This document shows positions 1 through 9,709 of a stretch of 45,005 nucleotides of DNA, piece by piece. A program made the translations under genes and the position numbers. Source of the stretch: a virus; the IMG/VR virus record IMGVR_UViG_3300045988_045233, positions 1-45,005 of that record. One strand, written 5' to 3'. How positions within the stretch are numbered: the stretch's first letter is position 1; each line of letters begins with the position of its first letter. Under the pieces are notes generated by a model. That model had not been told where the DNA came from. It saw nothing but the letters and a program-made list of their open reading frames with translations, and made no database searches.

Positions 1-342
1 GACATCAACTCTCTGGTCACCTATACCAGCGAGATCGGCGAGGTGTACCGCTACAACCGTACCATGCGGCTGTGCAACACCATTGCCAACGATCTGTACA
101 AGCAGTTCGCCCAGAGCTATGTGGGCATTGTGGACAACACCGAGGACGGCCGCCGCCAGTACAAGAGCGCCATTGTCAAATATCTGGATCAGATCCAGGC
201 ATCCGGCGGCATCCAGAACTTTGACGGCGAGACCGATGTCATTGTGGAAGCTGGCGAGGCAAAGGATGCCGTGCTCATCACTCTGGCCATCGAGGCCGTG
301 GGCAGCACCAACAAGATCTATATCACCTTGGATGTGGCGTAA
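1..342 (+). CDS. Tail sheath protein, C-terminal part (same gene as 43863..45005)
   Basis: Frame 1 is open from base 1 to the stop at 340-342. Bases 1-141 duplicate 44865-45005. Confidence 0.85.
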   Translation, partial: DINSLVTYTSEIGEVYRYNRTMRLCNTIANDLYKQFAQSYVGIVDNTEDGRRQYKSAIVKYLDQIQASGGIQNFDGETDVIVEAGEAKDAVLITLAIEAVGSTNKIYITLDVA

Positions 343-354
343 GGAGGAACAAAG

Positions 355-840
355 ATGAGTTATTTAATGGCTCAGGACACCCAGAACGGTGCGGAGGGCA
401 AGATCACCATCACCCGGAACGGCCGCATCTTCGAAGTATGCGGTATGCGCAACATCAAAACGTTGGCCGGCATCCAGACCGCCGATATGCGCACCATCGG
501 CACCCGGAAGATTCAGCCCAAGGCCAACGGCGTGAAGCAGACCGGCACCGGCAACGTCTATTTCGGCTCCAACGCCTCCAACCTGTTCACCGATATGGTG
601 CTGAACTACATCGAGAACGGCGTGCAGGATATGTTTGACATCACCATCACCAACCAGGACCCCACGTCCAGCGTGGGCGCGCAGGTAATGGGCTACTATG
701 GCTGTGTGCTGACCGGCGATATCCCGCTGTCCATTCTGGACGACGAGGAAGCCATGCTGAACTACGATTTCAATTTCAGCTATACCAGCGTCAAGCGTCT
801 GGAAGCATTCAAAGACCCTGCCAATCTGGGCAGCAACTGA
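355..840 (+). CDS. Tail tube protein (XkdM-like)
   Basis: 161 aa directly after the sheath gene, RBS AAGGAGG. Position and size are typical of contractile-tail tube proteins. Confidence 0.8.
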   Translation: MSYLMAQDTQNGAEGKITITRNGRIFEVCGMRNIKTLAGIQTADMRTIGTRKIQPKANGVKQTGTGNVYFGSNASNLFTDMVLNYIENGVQDMFDITITNQDPTSSVGAQVMGYYGCVLTGDIPLSILDDEEAMLNYDFNFSYTSVKRLEAFKDPANLGSN

Positions 841-858
841 TTTTAGGAGGTATTTTTT

Positions 859-1266
859 ATGAGCGCACTTTCTGCATTTCTGCATCCCACCGTCACCACC
901 GAGGAAAAAGAAGTCATCATCTCCAAGCGCTTTCTGGGTGAGGACGGTAAACCTGTCCCTTTCCGCATCCGCTCTCTGACGCAGGAAGAGAATTCCGCAT
1001 GCAACAAAGCTGCCACCCGGAACATCAAAGTGAACGGCGGTTATCAGGAAAAAACCAACCAGAACGAGTACATCAGCCGCATCATCGTGGCCGCAACGCT
1101 CGAGCCTGACTTTGCCAGTGCTGAGGTGTGTGAGCATTTCGGCACCAAAGACCCCATTCAGGTCCCCAACAAGATGCTCCTCGCGGGCGAGTTCGCCAAA
1201 CTCTCCGCCGCCATCCTGGAACTGTCCGGCTTCGAGCAGAACCTCGACGACGAAGCAAAAAACTGA
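859..1266 (+). CDS. Tail assembly chaperone (XkdN-like), zero-frame product
   Basis: 135 aa between the tube and tape measure genes, RBS AGGAGG. Ends in the slippery heptamer plus TGA. Confidence 0.75.
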   Translation: MSALSAFLHPTVTTEEKEVIISKRFLGEDGKPVPFRIRSLTQEENSACNKAATRNIKVNGGYQEKTNQNEYISRIIVAATLEPDFASAEVCEHFGTKDPIQVPNKMLLAGEFAKLSAAILELSGFEQNLDDEAKN

Positions 1267-1457
1267 TCACCGGAGACCTCTGGGATATCGACGTTCTGGT
1301 GGCATACTACTGCTTCGATAACCTCAGCTGGTCCCCGGGCAAGTACGATGCCCTGCCGGCGCGTGAAAAGGCACTGGTGAGGGCTTTCGCTTTGCGCTCC
1401 ATGGAAAAGCGCAGAGAAGAGACCCAGCGGATGAAGGAGGCGGGACGAAATGGCTAA
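859..1457 (+). CDS. Tail assembly chaperone, -1 frameshift-extended product (G/GT analogue)
   Basis: The -1 frame is open from 1263 to the TAA at 1455-1457 (64 extra aa, no start codon of its own) and overlaps the tape measure ATG at 1450. Confidence 0.65.
1257..1263 (+). promoter_or_regulatory. Programmed -1 ribosomal frameshift slippery heptamer A_AAA_AAC
   Basis: In the zero frame the sequence reads GCA AAA AAC TGA, which gives X_XXY_YYZ = A_AAA_AAC immediately before the stop codon. Confidence 0.65.
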
Positions 1458-3507
1458 AATTCAGGAAACGCTTGTCCTTCAGGATCGGTTTTCCTCTTCC
1501 TTTGGCGCATACATTCAGGCCGCACAGAGAGCATCAAGCTCTACCACAGCGGCACAAACCGCAGCCCGGAACTATCAGTCTGTTCTGAACAGCGTTTCCC
1601 GGCAGCTGATCTCTTCGAATGCAAAGTTTGAATCGTATGTGGCACAGCAGGAAGAAATGGTAGCCGCTGGGCAGCAGAACACGGAAGCGTTCAAAAAGTT
1701 GGACACCCAGACCGAGAAATTAGGCGCAACCATCCGAGGGCTGGAAACGCAACAGCAGACCCTGACCCAATCCATGAAAGCAGCTGAAAACGCTGCCAGT
1801 GTGGCGGCAACGGCCAAAGATGAGGCGGCAGCAGCTACAAAGCGGCTGCAGGAGCAGGAAAATATGGCGCAAAGCGTCACCAACTCCCTGACATCTTCGG
1901 TTCTCCGGCTGGCCGCGTCCTATGTCAGCATTCAAGGCCTGAAAAAGGCCGTTGACCTGTCTGACAGTCTGGTCTCCATGCGTGCCCGGCTTGACCGAAT
2001 GAACGACGGTCTGCAGACCACGCAGGAGCTGGAAACGATGATCTACCAGTCGGCCCAGCGTTCCAGGGGCAGCTTCACCGATACGATGGGGCTGGTCTCC
2101 CAGCTGGGCACAATGGCCGGTGATGCGTTCAGCAGCTCCAAAGAGATCGTGCAGTTCGCAGAGCAACTGAACAAGCAGCTGGCCCTTTCCGGTGCGTCCG
2201 GTTCGTCTGCGCAGGCCGCGATCCTTCAGCTGGAACAGGGACTTGCATCTGGCGTGCTGCGCGGCGATGAGCTGAACAGCGTGATGGAGCAGGCTCCTGC
2301 CCTCGCAAAGTCCATTGCAGACTATATGAAAGTCAGCGTGGGCGAGCTGCGCGAGATGGGCTCTCAGGGACAGATCACTGCCGACATTGTGAAAAACGCA
2401 CTGTTTGCGGCGGCCAAGGACACGAACGCGGAGTTTGAAAAGACCCCCATGACCTGGGCGCAGGTCTGGACTGTGGCAAGCAATACCGCCGTCCGGGCGC
2501 TTGACCCGCTGCTGACGGCCATCAACTGGGTGGCAAACAATCTGGATGTTGCGATTCCTCTGGTAGTCAGCCTGGGTGCGGCGTTCGGCGTGCTCCTGAT
2601 TGCCGCCAATTGGACAAACATCCTCGCAACGGCCACAAAAACAGCCGCATCCATGCAGGCGTTCTATAACGCCGTTATGGCGGCAAATCCCATCGCCCTG
2701 ACTGCTGCGGCAGTTCTGGTGCTGGTGGCTGCTCTGTATGGCGGCGTGGCAGCATTCAACAAGCTAACCGGTTCCAGCATTTCGGCCACGGGAATCATTA
2801 CCGGAGCTTTTACAACGATGGGGGCATTCATCCTCAACGGTACATTGGTTCCGCTGCACAATGGCTTCGCCGCCTTTGTGAACTTTTTGGGTAATGCGTT
2901 TAATGACCCGATCACAGCAATTGATGTTCTCTTTTATGATATGTCCATTACCATCCTGAAGTACGTCCAGAACGTAGCGCAGGGTTTGGAAGGCCTTATC
3001 AACATGATTCCGGGCGTGGAAGTAAACATGACATCCGGAATCGATAAGCTCATCGGAAAGCTGGAATATGGCCGGAACTGGACCATCAAACAGAACGGAT
3101 ACAAAGAGTATATCAAGCCGTGGGAGAACTTCGACCTGGGCAAGTCCTATAAAGCCGGTTATAACTGGGGCGCGAACCTCGGAAAATCCGGCCTTATGGG
3201 TACCAGCACGGGACAGCTGGAAATTCCGCAGGCGGCAGACGTGAAAGACCTGCTGGGTAATATCGACAAGAACACCGGCAAGATCGCAAAAACCGTTGAC
3301 CTGTCCGATGAGCAGATCAAGATGTTGGTGGATGTGGCAGAGCGCAAGTACGTCAATAACGTCAACCTGACAAGCCAGGCCCCCATGATCACCGTGCAGG
3401 GGCAGAACACCGGCAACACCGAAAAGGATGCCCGAAATCTGGCAGACAACCTGCGGGACCTTCTGTTGGATATGATGAACGCAGGCAGCACCGTCACCGT
3501 GCAGTAA
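1450..3507 (+). CDS. Tail tape measure protein
   Basis: 685 aa, coiled-coil N-terminal half, hydrophobic central segments, located after the chaperone pair. Confidence 0.85.
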   Translation: MAKIQETLVLQDRFSSSFGAYIQAAQRASSSTTAAQTAARNYQSVLNSVSRQLISSNAKFESYVAQQEEMVAAGQQNTEAFKKLDTQTEKLGATIRGLETQQQTLTQSMKAAENAASVAATAKDEAAAATKRLQEQENMAQSVTNSLTSSVLRLAASYVSIQGLKKAVDLSDSLVSMRARLDRMNDGLQTTQELETMIYQSAQRSRGSFTDTMGLVSQLGTMAGDAFSSSKEIVQFAEQLNKQLALSGASGSSAQAAILQLEQGLASGVLRGDELNSVMEQAPALAKSIADYMKVSVGELREMGSQGQITADIVKNALFAAAKDTNAEFEKTPMTWAQVWTVASNTAVRALDPLLTAINWVANNLDVAIPLVVSLGAAFGVLLIAANWTNILATATKTAASMQAFYNAVMAANPIALTAAAVLVLVAALYGGVAAFNKLTGSSISATGIITGAFTTMGAFILNGTLVPLHNGFAAFVNFLGNAFNDPITAIDVLFYDMSITILKYVQNVAQGLEGLINMIPGVEVNMTSGIDKLIGKLEYGRNWTIKQNGYKEYIKPWENFDLGKSYKAGYNWGANLGKSGLMGTSTGQLEIPQAADVKDLLGNIDKNTGKIAKTVDLSDEQIKMLVDVAERKYVNNVNLTSQAPMITVQGQNTGNTEKDARNLADNLRDLLLDMMNAGSTVTVQ

Positions 3508-3517
3508 GGAGAAAGAG

Positions 3518-4366
3518 ATGTCCCTGTACAAACTGTATTTTTCCAGCGGCGCAACGGTGATCGCTCTGCCCATCAACCCGGAAAAGCTGCCAGAGACCAT
3601 CTCTGCTGACAACGGAACCTATAACGTGTTGGGCCTTGGCCCTATCATGCAGCCCCGCACGCCGAACCTGCGCACCGTGTCCATTTCGGGTCTGCTGCCC
3701 GGTCGGCGGCTGCCGGGCCAGACCGGCATTCATCTGCCCCCGGCGGTGTACATGGCGTTCTTCACCACCGCCATGAAAAAAAAGTCCCCCATTGTCTACA
3801 CGCCCGTCCGGTTCTATGAGAACGGCGTACCGTTCCTGGGGCCGAGCCTGGGCTTTCGGTGCCTCGTTACCAGCTTCAAGGCAGAGGAGCGCGGCGCGGA
3901 GACAGGAGATTTCTATTTTGACCTGAGCCTGACCGAGTACAAAGATTACTCCCCGCAGAGGGCTGTTGTGCAGGGCGCTGGCCAGACCGGAACCTTTTCC
4001 CCGGCCAGCATCGTCTCTGACGTGGCCAGCATCGTCTCTGACGTGGCCAGCGTGGCCGCACGGGCTGTTTCGGCAGTCACGGCGGTAAACACTGCAGCAG
4101 ATGCGGCGGGCTCTGTAAAGCTCTCTCTGACCCCAAGCAGGAGCACCCCCGCAGACAAGCTCGTTGTGGGGGCCAGACGGAAAGCCACCGGAAAAGTCTA
4201 CGGCACCGGCAGCGGGGAGGAAGTTCTGACCAGCATCCATGGCCAGATCGTTGTGGTGCGGCGCATCATCGACCGCTCCCGGCCCTGCCCCGTCTGCGTG
4301 GCAGACACCGGCGGCACTGTGCTGGGCTGGATGCCGGAGAACAGCCTGCAGGAGGTGGAAGGATGA
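3518..4366 (+). CDS. Tail/baseplate protein at the XkdP position
   Basis: 282 aa after the tape measure gene. The N-terminal domain pattern resembles XkdP-type tail proteins. Contains a 21-bp tandem repeat. Confidence 0.5.
   Translation: MSLYKLYFSSGATVIALPINPEKLPETISADNGTYNVLGLGPIMQPRTPNLRTVSISGLLPGRRLPGQTGIHLPPAVYMAFFTTAMKKKSPIVYTPVRFYENGVPFLGPSLGFRCLVTSFKAEERGAETGDFYFDLSLTEYKDYSPQRAVVQGAGQTGTFSPASIVSDVASIVSDVASVAARAVSAVTAVNTAADAAGSVKLSLTPSRSTPADKLVVGARRKATGKVYGTGSGEEVLTSIHGQIVVVRRIIDRSRPCPVCVADTGGTVLGWMPENSLQEVEG
4004..4045 (+). repeat. 21-bp tandem repeat x2 (ASIVSDV ASIVSDV) inside the tail protein gene
   Basis: gccagcatcgtctctgacgtg occurs twice in tandem, followed by a partial third copy. 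Confidence 0.9.
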
Positions 4367-5331
4367 CCTATGAGCTTTTGGCCGCTCAGAAAGCCACCGG
4401 AAACACCCTGAACCTGACGAACAGCACCACGCAGGTGGTCTGGTCTACCCAGCGCACAGGTCAGCCGGGCAAACTGACCTTTACCTATCTTCGCACCCCG
4501 GAATCCGAGCTGGAAGAGGGAGACGTGATCCGCTTTTCTGTGGACGGCCAGCTGCAGTTTTACGGCTGGGTGTTTACCCGTGGCTTTGACCGCTGGGGGC
4601 CGGTGGACGTGGTCTGCTATGACCGCATCCGGTATCTCAAGGCCAATGCCAGCTACTCCTTTTACGGCCAGAGCGCCGGGGACATCATCAAGCAGATCGC
4701 AGAGGACTTTGAACTGGACGTGGGCGAGCTGGCCGACACCGGCTATAAGCTGCCCTCCCTCATCATGCAGGACAAAAGCTGCATCGACATCATCAACACT
4801 GCGTTGCAAAAGACTCTGCTCAACACCGGCAAGGTCTATGTGTTTTACGATTCCGGTGACGGACTGGCCCTCAAGGAGGCCAACGACCTGAAAACCGATA
4901 TTGTCATCGGTGATTACAGCCTGATGACAAATTACACCTTCGATTCCTCCATCGACACCCAGACCTACAACAGCATCAAGCTGGCCCGGCCCAATCAGAA
5001 GACGGGAAAGGCGGATGTTTTCGTGATGAAGGATTCGGAACACATCGGGAAGTGGGGCCTTTTGCAGCTGTACCAGACCGTGGACGAGGCTGCAAACGAC
5101 GCTCAGGTAAAGGAACAGGCGAAAGTGAGCCTGGAGTATTACAACCGGGTATTGCAGCAGCTCAAGTTCTCTTCTCTGGGCGTGCCGGGCCTGCGGGCCG
5201 GGGCGCTGATCCTGGTGAACCTGTCCGATCTGGACGGCGAACCGTTCAAACAGTATGTCATGCTGGAAAAGGTGGAGCACACCTTCAAAAATGACGAGCA
5301 CACCATGGAACTGGAAGCAAAAGCACTGTAA
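4363..5331 (+). CDS. Baseplate hub protein (XkdQ/YqbQ, late-control-D-like)
   Basis: 322 aa, ATGA overlap with the upstream gene, position and sequence pattern of the XkdQ family. Confidence 0.7.
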   Translation: MTYELLAAQKATGNTLNLTNSTTQVVWSTQRTGQPGKLTFTYLRTPESELEEGDVIRFSVDGQLQFYGWVFTRGFDRWGPVDVVCYDRIRYLKANASYSFYGQSAGDIIKQIAEDFELDVGELADTGYKLPSLIMQDKSCIDIINTALQKTLLNTGKVYVFYDSGDGLALKEANDLKTDIVIGDYSLMTNYTFDSSIDTQTYNSIKLARPNQKTGKADVFVMKDSEHIGKWGLLQLYQTVDEAANDAQVKEQAKVSLEYYNRVLQQLKFSSLGVPGLRAGALILVNLSDLDGEPFKQYVMLEKVEHTFKNDEHTMELEAKAL

Positions 5332-5343
5332 GGAGGGAGAAAC

Positions 5344-5853
5344 GTGGATTTACTGGCAGTATTGCAGGAAATCTACCGGCAGGCCAACGATGCCGTTCAG
5401 CCCACAGACCTTCAGATCGGAACAGTGACAAAGGCCCCGCCGGACGATGATGAATTGGAGATCCAGATCAGTGAAGCAATGGCCCCGCTGAAACAGGCAG
5501 TGCTCTATCTGGCGGAGCCTGTCATTGAAAAGAAGATTCCCATCCTGCGCCACCGGCACGAGATCAAGATCCTGCTGCACAAGCACGCAACACCATCCGG
5601 CCCCAGCGAGGACGCGTTTACGGCTCCGCCCTACTTCACGGAGTGGTCAGCCCTGCCGGATGGATTTGATGCAGAAGTGCAGGCAGAAAATTTTGTGGGC
5701 TGGGAAAACGGCGCTGCGCTGCCTTTGAGCAAGGACAAAAAGTACATCATCCTGAACCCGGCCCTGAAAGCCGGGGACAAAGTGCTGCTCCTCCGTGTTC
5801 AGAGCGGCCAGAAGTTCATTGTTCTTTCCCGGGTATACGGAGGTGAATCGTAA
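5344..5853 (+). CDS. Baseplate protein (XkdR/DUF2577-like)
   Basis: 169 aa, GTG start after GGAGGGAG, in conserved Xkd gene order. Confidence 0.55.
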   Translation: MDLLAVLQEIYRQANDAVQPTDLQIGTVTKAPPDDDELEIQISEAMAPLKQAVLYLAEPVIEKKIPILRHRHEIKILLHKHATPSGPSEDAFTAPPYFTEWSALPDGFDAEVQAENFVGWENGAALPLSKDKKYIILNPALKAGDKVLLLRVQSGQKFIVLSRVYGGES

Positions 5854-6269
5854 TGGCTACGCTTCCTACAGGATCGTCCATCGACCTTTCCGGCGGCGTG
5901 GAATACGTTTCTCAGCCGGCCAGAACCTGGTTCATTGACCAGACATCTGGCCGCATCGTCGGGGAATGCGATGGGTACGAGGCTGTAAAACAGGCCGTGA
6001 CCATCATTCTGAACGTGGAACGTTATCGATGGCAGATCTTCCGCTCTTACAGCGGCATGGAGTGGGAGGGGCTGCTGGGGCAAGAACCGGGCTACGTGGC
6101 TGCTGAACTGCAGCGCCGCCTGGAAGAGGCTCTGACCGTGGATGACCGGGTGACCGGCGTGAAGGACTTCTCTTACACGGTGCAGGGACAGGCCCTGACA
6201 ACATCGTTTACTGTCTCCACGATCTACGGCGAAATGCAGGCAAGCACGGAGGTGAACACCGCAGCATGA
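5853..6269 (+). CDS. Baseplate wedge protein (XkdS, gp25/W-like)
   Basis: 138 aa, translationally coupled, in conserved order before the baseplate J gene. Confidence 0.6.
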   Translation: MATLPTGSSIDLSGGVEYVSQPARTWFIDQTSGRIVGECDGYEAVKQAVTIILNVERYRWQIFRSYSGMEWEGLLGQEPGYVAAELQRRLEEALTVDDRVTGVKDFSYTVQGQALTTSFTVSTIYGEMQASTEVNTAA

Positions 6270-7384
6270 TCGATTTCTCTACCGCACAGTACCGGGCGAT
6301 TCTGGACTATATGCTGTCTCAGATCCCGGACGACTACGACAAGCGGGACACAAGCCCCATCCCAACGGCTCTTTCTCCCGCCGCCTATGTCTTTGAGGGA
6401 TTCTTTCTTTCCCTGAACATGGTGCAGCGGCAGGCGTTTTTTCGGACGGCCACTGGCCGCGCGCTGGATCTTCTGGCCCCCATCGCCAGCGTTACCCGCA
6501 AGCAGGCCACGGAAGCGGTGCGAAAAGGCGAGTTCAATATTGATATCCCGCTGGGCAGCCGGTTCTCTACCATCAACGGCGCGGACAGCATCAATTTTAT
6601 TGCGCTGTCCGCTCTGGGTTCCGGGCACACCTACCGCCTTCTGGCCGAAACGCCCGGCACCATCGGCAACGACTACACCGGCCCTATCCTGCCCATCGAC
6701 ACCATTCAGGGCCTGACTTCTGCCCGGATCTCGGATATCCTGACACCCGGAGACGAGACCGAGACCGATGATGAATTTCGCGCCCGCATCGAGGCGGCAA
6801 TGAACAGCCGCTCCTTTGGCGGCAATGTGGCGCAGTACAAGGAGGAAATCGAGAAGCTGGACGGCGTGGGCGCTGTGCAGGTATACCCTACATGGAGAGG
6901 CGGCGGCACGGTGCTCTGCTCCGTTCTGGGTGCGGACTGGCTGCCTGCATCCACCGACCTTGTGCAGACCATTCAGAACGCCATCGACCCGGTGCCGAAC
7001 TCCGGGCAGGGACTTGGTCTTGCGCCCATCGGTGCAAAGGCAACGATCACGGCCCCGGAGAAGCTGGAAGTTTCGGTCACCGCATCGGTGACGCTCTTGC
7101 CCAGCTACTCGCTGGATACAGTTCGCACTGCGGTACGGGAGGCGTTGGAGGCATATCTGCTCAATGTACGGAAAAGCTGGGCGACCAATATCAGCAAGAC
7201 CGGCATTGAGTATAGCGCCAACGTCTACACGGCCCGCGTATCTGCGGCCATCATCACGGCAGAGGGCGTGGTAAACGTGACAAACGTCCAGCTGAACGGA
7301 GCAGCGGACGATTTGATTCTGACAGAAACCGGCGCACAGCAGCAGGTTCCTGTGGTTGGGACGGTGACGCTGCATGAAGCTTGA
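6266..7384 (+). CDS. Baseplate J-like protein (XkdT)
   Basis: 372 aa, overlaps the upstream stop, baseplate J family pattern and position. Confidence 0.75.
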   Translation: MIDFSTAQYRAILDYMLSQIPDDYDKRDTSPIPTALSPAAYVFEGFFLSLNMVQRQAFFRTATGRALDLLAPIASVTRKQATEAVRKGEFNIDIPLGSRFSTINGADSINFIALSALGSGHTYRLLAETPGTIGNDYTGPILPIDTIQGLTSARISDILTPGDETETDDEFRARIEAAMNSRSFGGNVAQYKEEIEKLDGVGAVQVYPTWRGGGTVLCSVLGADWLPASTDLVQTIQNAIDPVPNSGQGLGLAPIGAKATITAPEKLEVSVTASVTLLPSYSLDTVRTAVREALEAYLLNVRKSWATNISKTGIEYSANVYTARVSAAIITAEGVVNVTNVQLNGAADDLILTETGAQQQVPVVGTVTLHEA

Positions 7385-8732
7385 TCTCTCGCACGATCTG
7401 CTGCCGCTGCTGCCGCCCATCTACCGGGAAGTGCAGGACTATCAGCAGATCTGCACTGCTGAAAAAGCTGAATTTGACCTGCTGGCCGGTTCCGTGGAAG
7501 GGGTCCAAAGCAACTTCTTTTTCCAGACCATGGACGAGGATTCCGTTGCACAGTGGGAAAAAGTGTTTCACATCGTGGCTGTCCCGGAAAAGGAATCTCT
7601 GGCGTTCCGCAGGCAGCGTGTAATGACCCGCATTGCGACCCGCCCGCCCTACACACTGGGGTTTCTGTATCAGAAGCTGGATGAGCTGATTGGCACGGGT
7701 GAATGGAAGTGCTCCATCACATACCCGCTCTACGAGCTGAGGCTTGCGACGAGCGCAAAGAGCCAGTCGTACTACGACGAGGTGACGCACCTGATCAACC
7801 AAATCAAACCCGCTCACATCGTCTTTATTAGTATGCCGTACCTCAAGACCGGGATCCTGATCACAGAGCAGGTCGATGTGCAGAAATATGATTATCAGTA
7901 TCGCCTGGGCGGCTGGGCCCTTGGGAAAAAGCCTTTTGCCGAGCTCGGAGGATGGACGACCGCAAAGGCTGCTGCATCGCCGACACTGACGCGGACGCTT
8001 CTTCTGGACGTGGCCCACAAGGCGGCAGAGCTTGCCACGACGGCACGGCTCAACCGCGCAACGACCGTGAAACCGCTGAAAAGCGTCATTGCATCTGCGA
8101 CACTGCAGGTGGGTTCTGAAATGTTGATGATCGAGGGTGAGAACCTGAAGCTGGAAGCATCCATTGAACCGGAGGCAGGTTCGACCGTCAACCACTATGA
8201 GCTCCTGAACGATGCGGGAGAAACGCTGTACGCATCGGACTGCTATTTCGGAATTACCGAAAAAACGGACGTGGACGTAAATCTATCCATTCTGGAGGGC
8301 GCAGACACCGTGCTGGCAAGCGGAAGCCGGTATCACTATCTTCTGGGCAGCTGGCTTTTGGGCAAGGATCCCTTTGCGTCACCGGGACAAAATAATTTTG
8401 TCCCGGTGACGGCCGCCGCGCCCGCTTCCGCATCTGTGACCCCGCTGTTCCTGGCAAGCCTAGCCTCGTACCTGGCAGATCACATCAACATGGTGCAGCT
8501 GAACGGAGATTATACCGTTCCGAACCTCGCAAAGAGCCTTTCCGGTGCGGCAGTCACGCTGCAGTATGAGCTTCTGCCATCGGAAAAGATCACAAAAGTC
8601 TCTTCCATCTCCGCGCAAGATGCGTTCGGATCCGCCCTCACACAGGACGATGTGAGCATCGAAACCACGTCCAGAACAAAGTTCAAACACACCATTATCT
8701 TCAAGGAGGGAACATTGCTTTATGGCGGATGA
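7374..8732 (+). CDS. Baseplate/tail protein, P2 gpI-like (DUF2313) N-terminus with a duplicated C-terminal extension
   Basis: 452 aa. The N-terminal ~150 aa show the gpI/XkdU pattern. The C-terminal part contains two modules, each starting Y-x-Y-x-L-G-x-W-x-L-G-K-x-P-F-A. Confidence 0.65.
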   Translation: MKLDLSHDLLPLLPPIYREVQDYQQICTAEKAEFDLLAGSVEGVQSNFFFQTMDEDSVAQWEKVFHIVAVPEKESLAFRRQRVMTRIATRPPYTLGFLYQKLDELIGTGEWKCSITYPLYELRLATSAKSQSYYDEVTHLINQIKPAHIVFISMPYLKTGILITEQVDVQKYDYQYRLGGWALGKKPFAELGGWTTAKAAASPTLTRTLLLDVAHKAAELATTARLNRATTVKPLKSVIASATLQVGSEMLMIEGENLKLEASIEPEAGSTVNHYELLNDAGETLYASDCYFGITEKTDVDVNLSILEGADTVLASGSRYHYLLGSWLLGKDPFASPGQNNFVPVTAAAPASASVTPLFLASLASYLADHINMVQLNGDYTVPNLAKSLSGAAVTLQYELLPSEKITKVSSISAQDAFGSALTQDDVSIETTSRTKFKHTIIFKEGTLLYGG

Positions 8733-9687
8733 TATCCTGAAAAACATTCCTCTTCCCGCTGATCTCCCGGAAAATTGGACATCCGGTCAGATCATCGCCC
8801 CGACCGGCGCAGAAGCTGGCCTGGATGACCAGCACGGGTACAACTACCTGATGATGCAGGTCAACAACGCACAGAAGGCAGCAACGGCGCTGAATGGGGG
8901 CAAGCTTTCCCTCTCAGGCGGTACGCTGACTGGCTCGCTGATTCTCCCCAGCAGTCTGACCGCTCTTGGCTATGCGAACAATGCGGGAAACCGCAACGCT
9001 ATGCCGCCCCGTGACCGCAGCCTCGGTGCGCCTACCACGGAGCATTTCGAGATGATCGCAAGTGACAAGTATAATGAGCTGTTCCTCGGCGACTACTGGA
9101 CGGTGGATGGCGTGGACTGGGTTATCGGCGATTTCAAGTTTTGGTATAACACTGGCGATACGGCTTGCACGAAGCCCCATGTTGTTGCGTTTCCCCGAAA
9201 CAACCTGTACAACTACCACATGAACGCCACCGATACGACCGCGGGCGGCTATGTTGGCTCTGACCTGTACAAGAACGGCTTGACAAAGGCAAAGCAGATG
9301 GTCACTGCTGCGTTTGGCTCCGCGCACATCCTGAACCACCGTGAACATCTGGTCAATGCCGTCACTGACGGTAAACCCACTGGCTCCGACTGGTACGATA
9401 GCACAGTTGAGATTATGAACGAGAACATGGTCTACGGATGCAGACAAATCAGCCCCATGCCGGACGGCATAACTAGACCGCAGGATACCTGTCGCAACTA
9501 CACCATCGACAAGAGCCAACTGTCCATTTTCCGCTACGAGCCGTGGATAATTTGTAACCGTGGCTGGTACTGGTTGCGAGATGTCGTCTCAGCAACCAGT
9601 TTCGCGGATGTCTACCGCTTCGGCAATACGGATGCCACCGCTGCTGTCAGCAGCGGTGGCATCCGCCCTGTCGTCGGTATCTGCTGA
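8722..9687 (+). CDS. Tail fibre / receptor-binding protein
   Basis: 321 aa. The N-terminal motif (PLPADLPENWTSGQ, NYLMMQVN) is typical of Firmicute phage fibres. It is the last baseplate-distal gene. Confidence 0.6.
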   Translation: MADDILKNIPLPADLPENWTSGQIIAPTGAEAGLDDQHGYNYLMMQVNNAQKAATALNGGKLSLSGGTLTGSLILPSSLTALGYANNAGNRNAMPPRDRSLGAPTTEHFEMIASDKYNELFLGDYWTVDGVDWVIGDFKFWYNTGDTACTKPHVVAFPRNNLYNYHMNATDTTAGGYVGSDLYKNGLTKAKQMVTAAFGSAHILNHREHLVNAVTDGKPTGSDWYDSTVEIMNENMVYGCRQISPMPDGITRPQDTCRNYTIDKSQLSIFRYEPWIICNRGWYWLRDVVSATSFADVYRFGNTDATAAVSSGGIRPVVGIC

Positions 9688-9709
9688 TAAGGTGAAAGGA
9701 GGGAAAAAG

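Noticed and set aside
8722-9687. Diversity-generating retroelement targeting the tail fibre.
   Set aside because: There is no reverse transcriptase gene anywhere in the genome, and I could not find a template repeat matching the fibre 3' end.
9560-9709. Upstream extension of the 9710..10078 gene. The same question applies to track starts 10226, 13399, 24099, 26069, 28633/28925, 31659, 33563, 36095 and 41503.
   Set aside because: The extensions overlap the preceding gene and lack an RBS. In each case an internal ATG or GTG with a good Shine-Dalgarno at normal spacing gives a compact operon layout.
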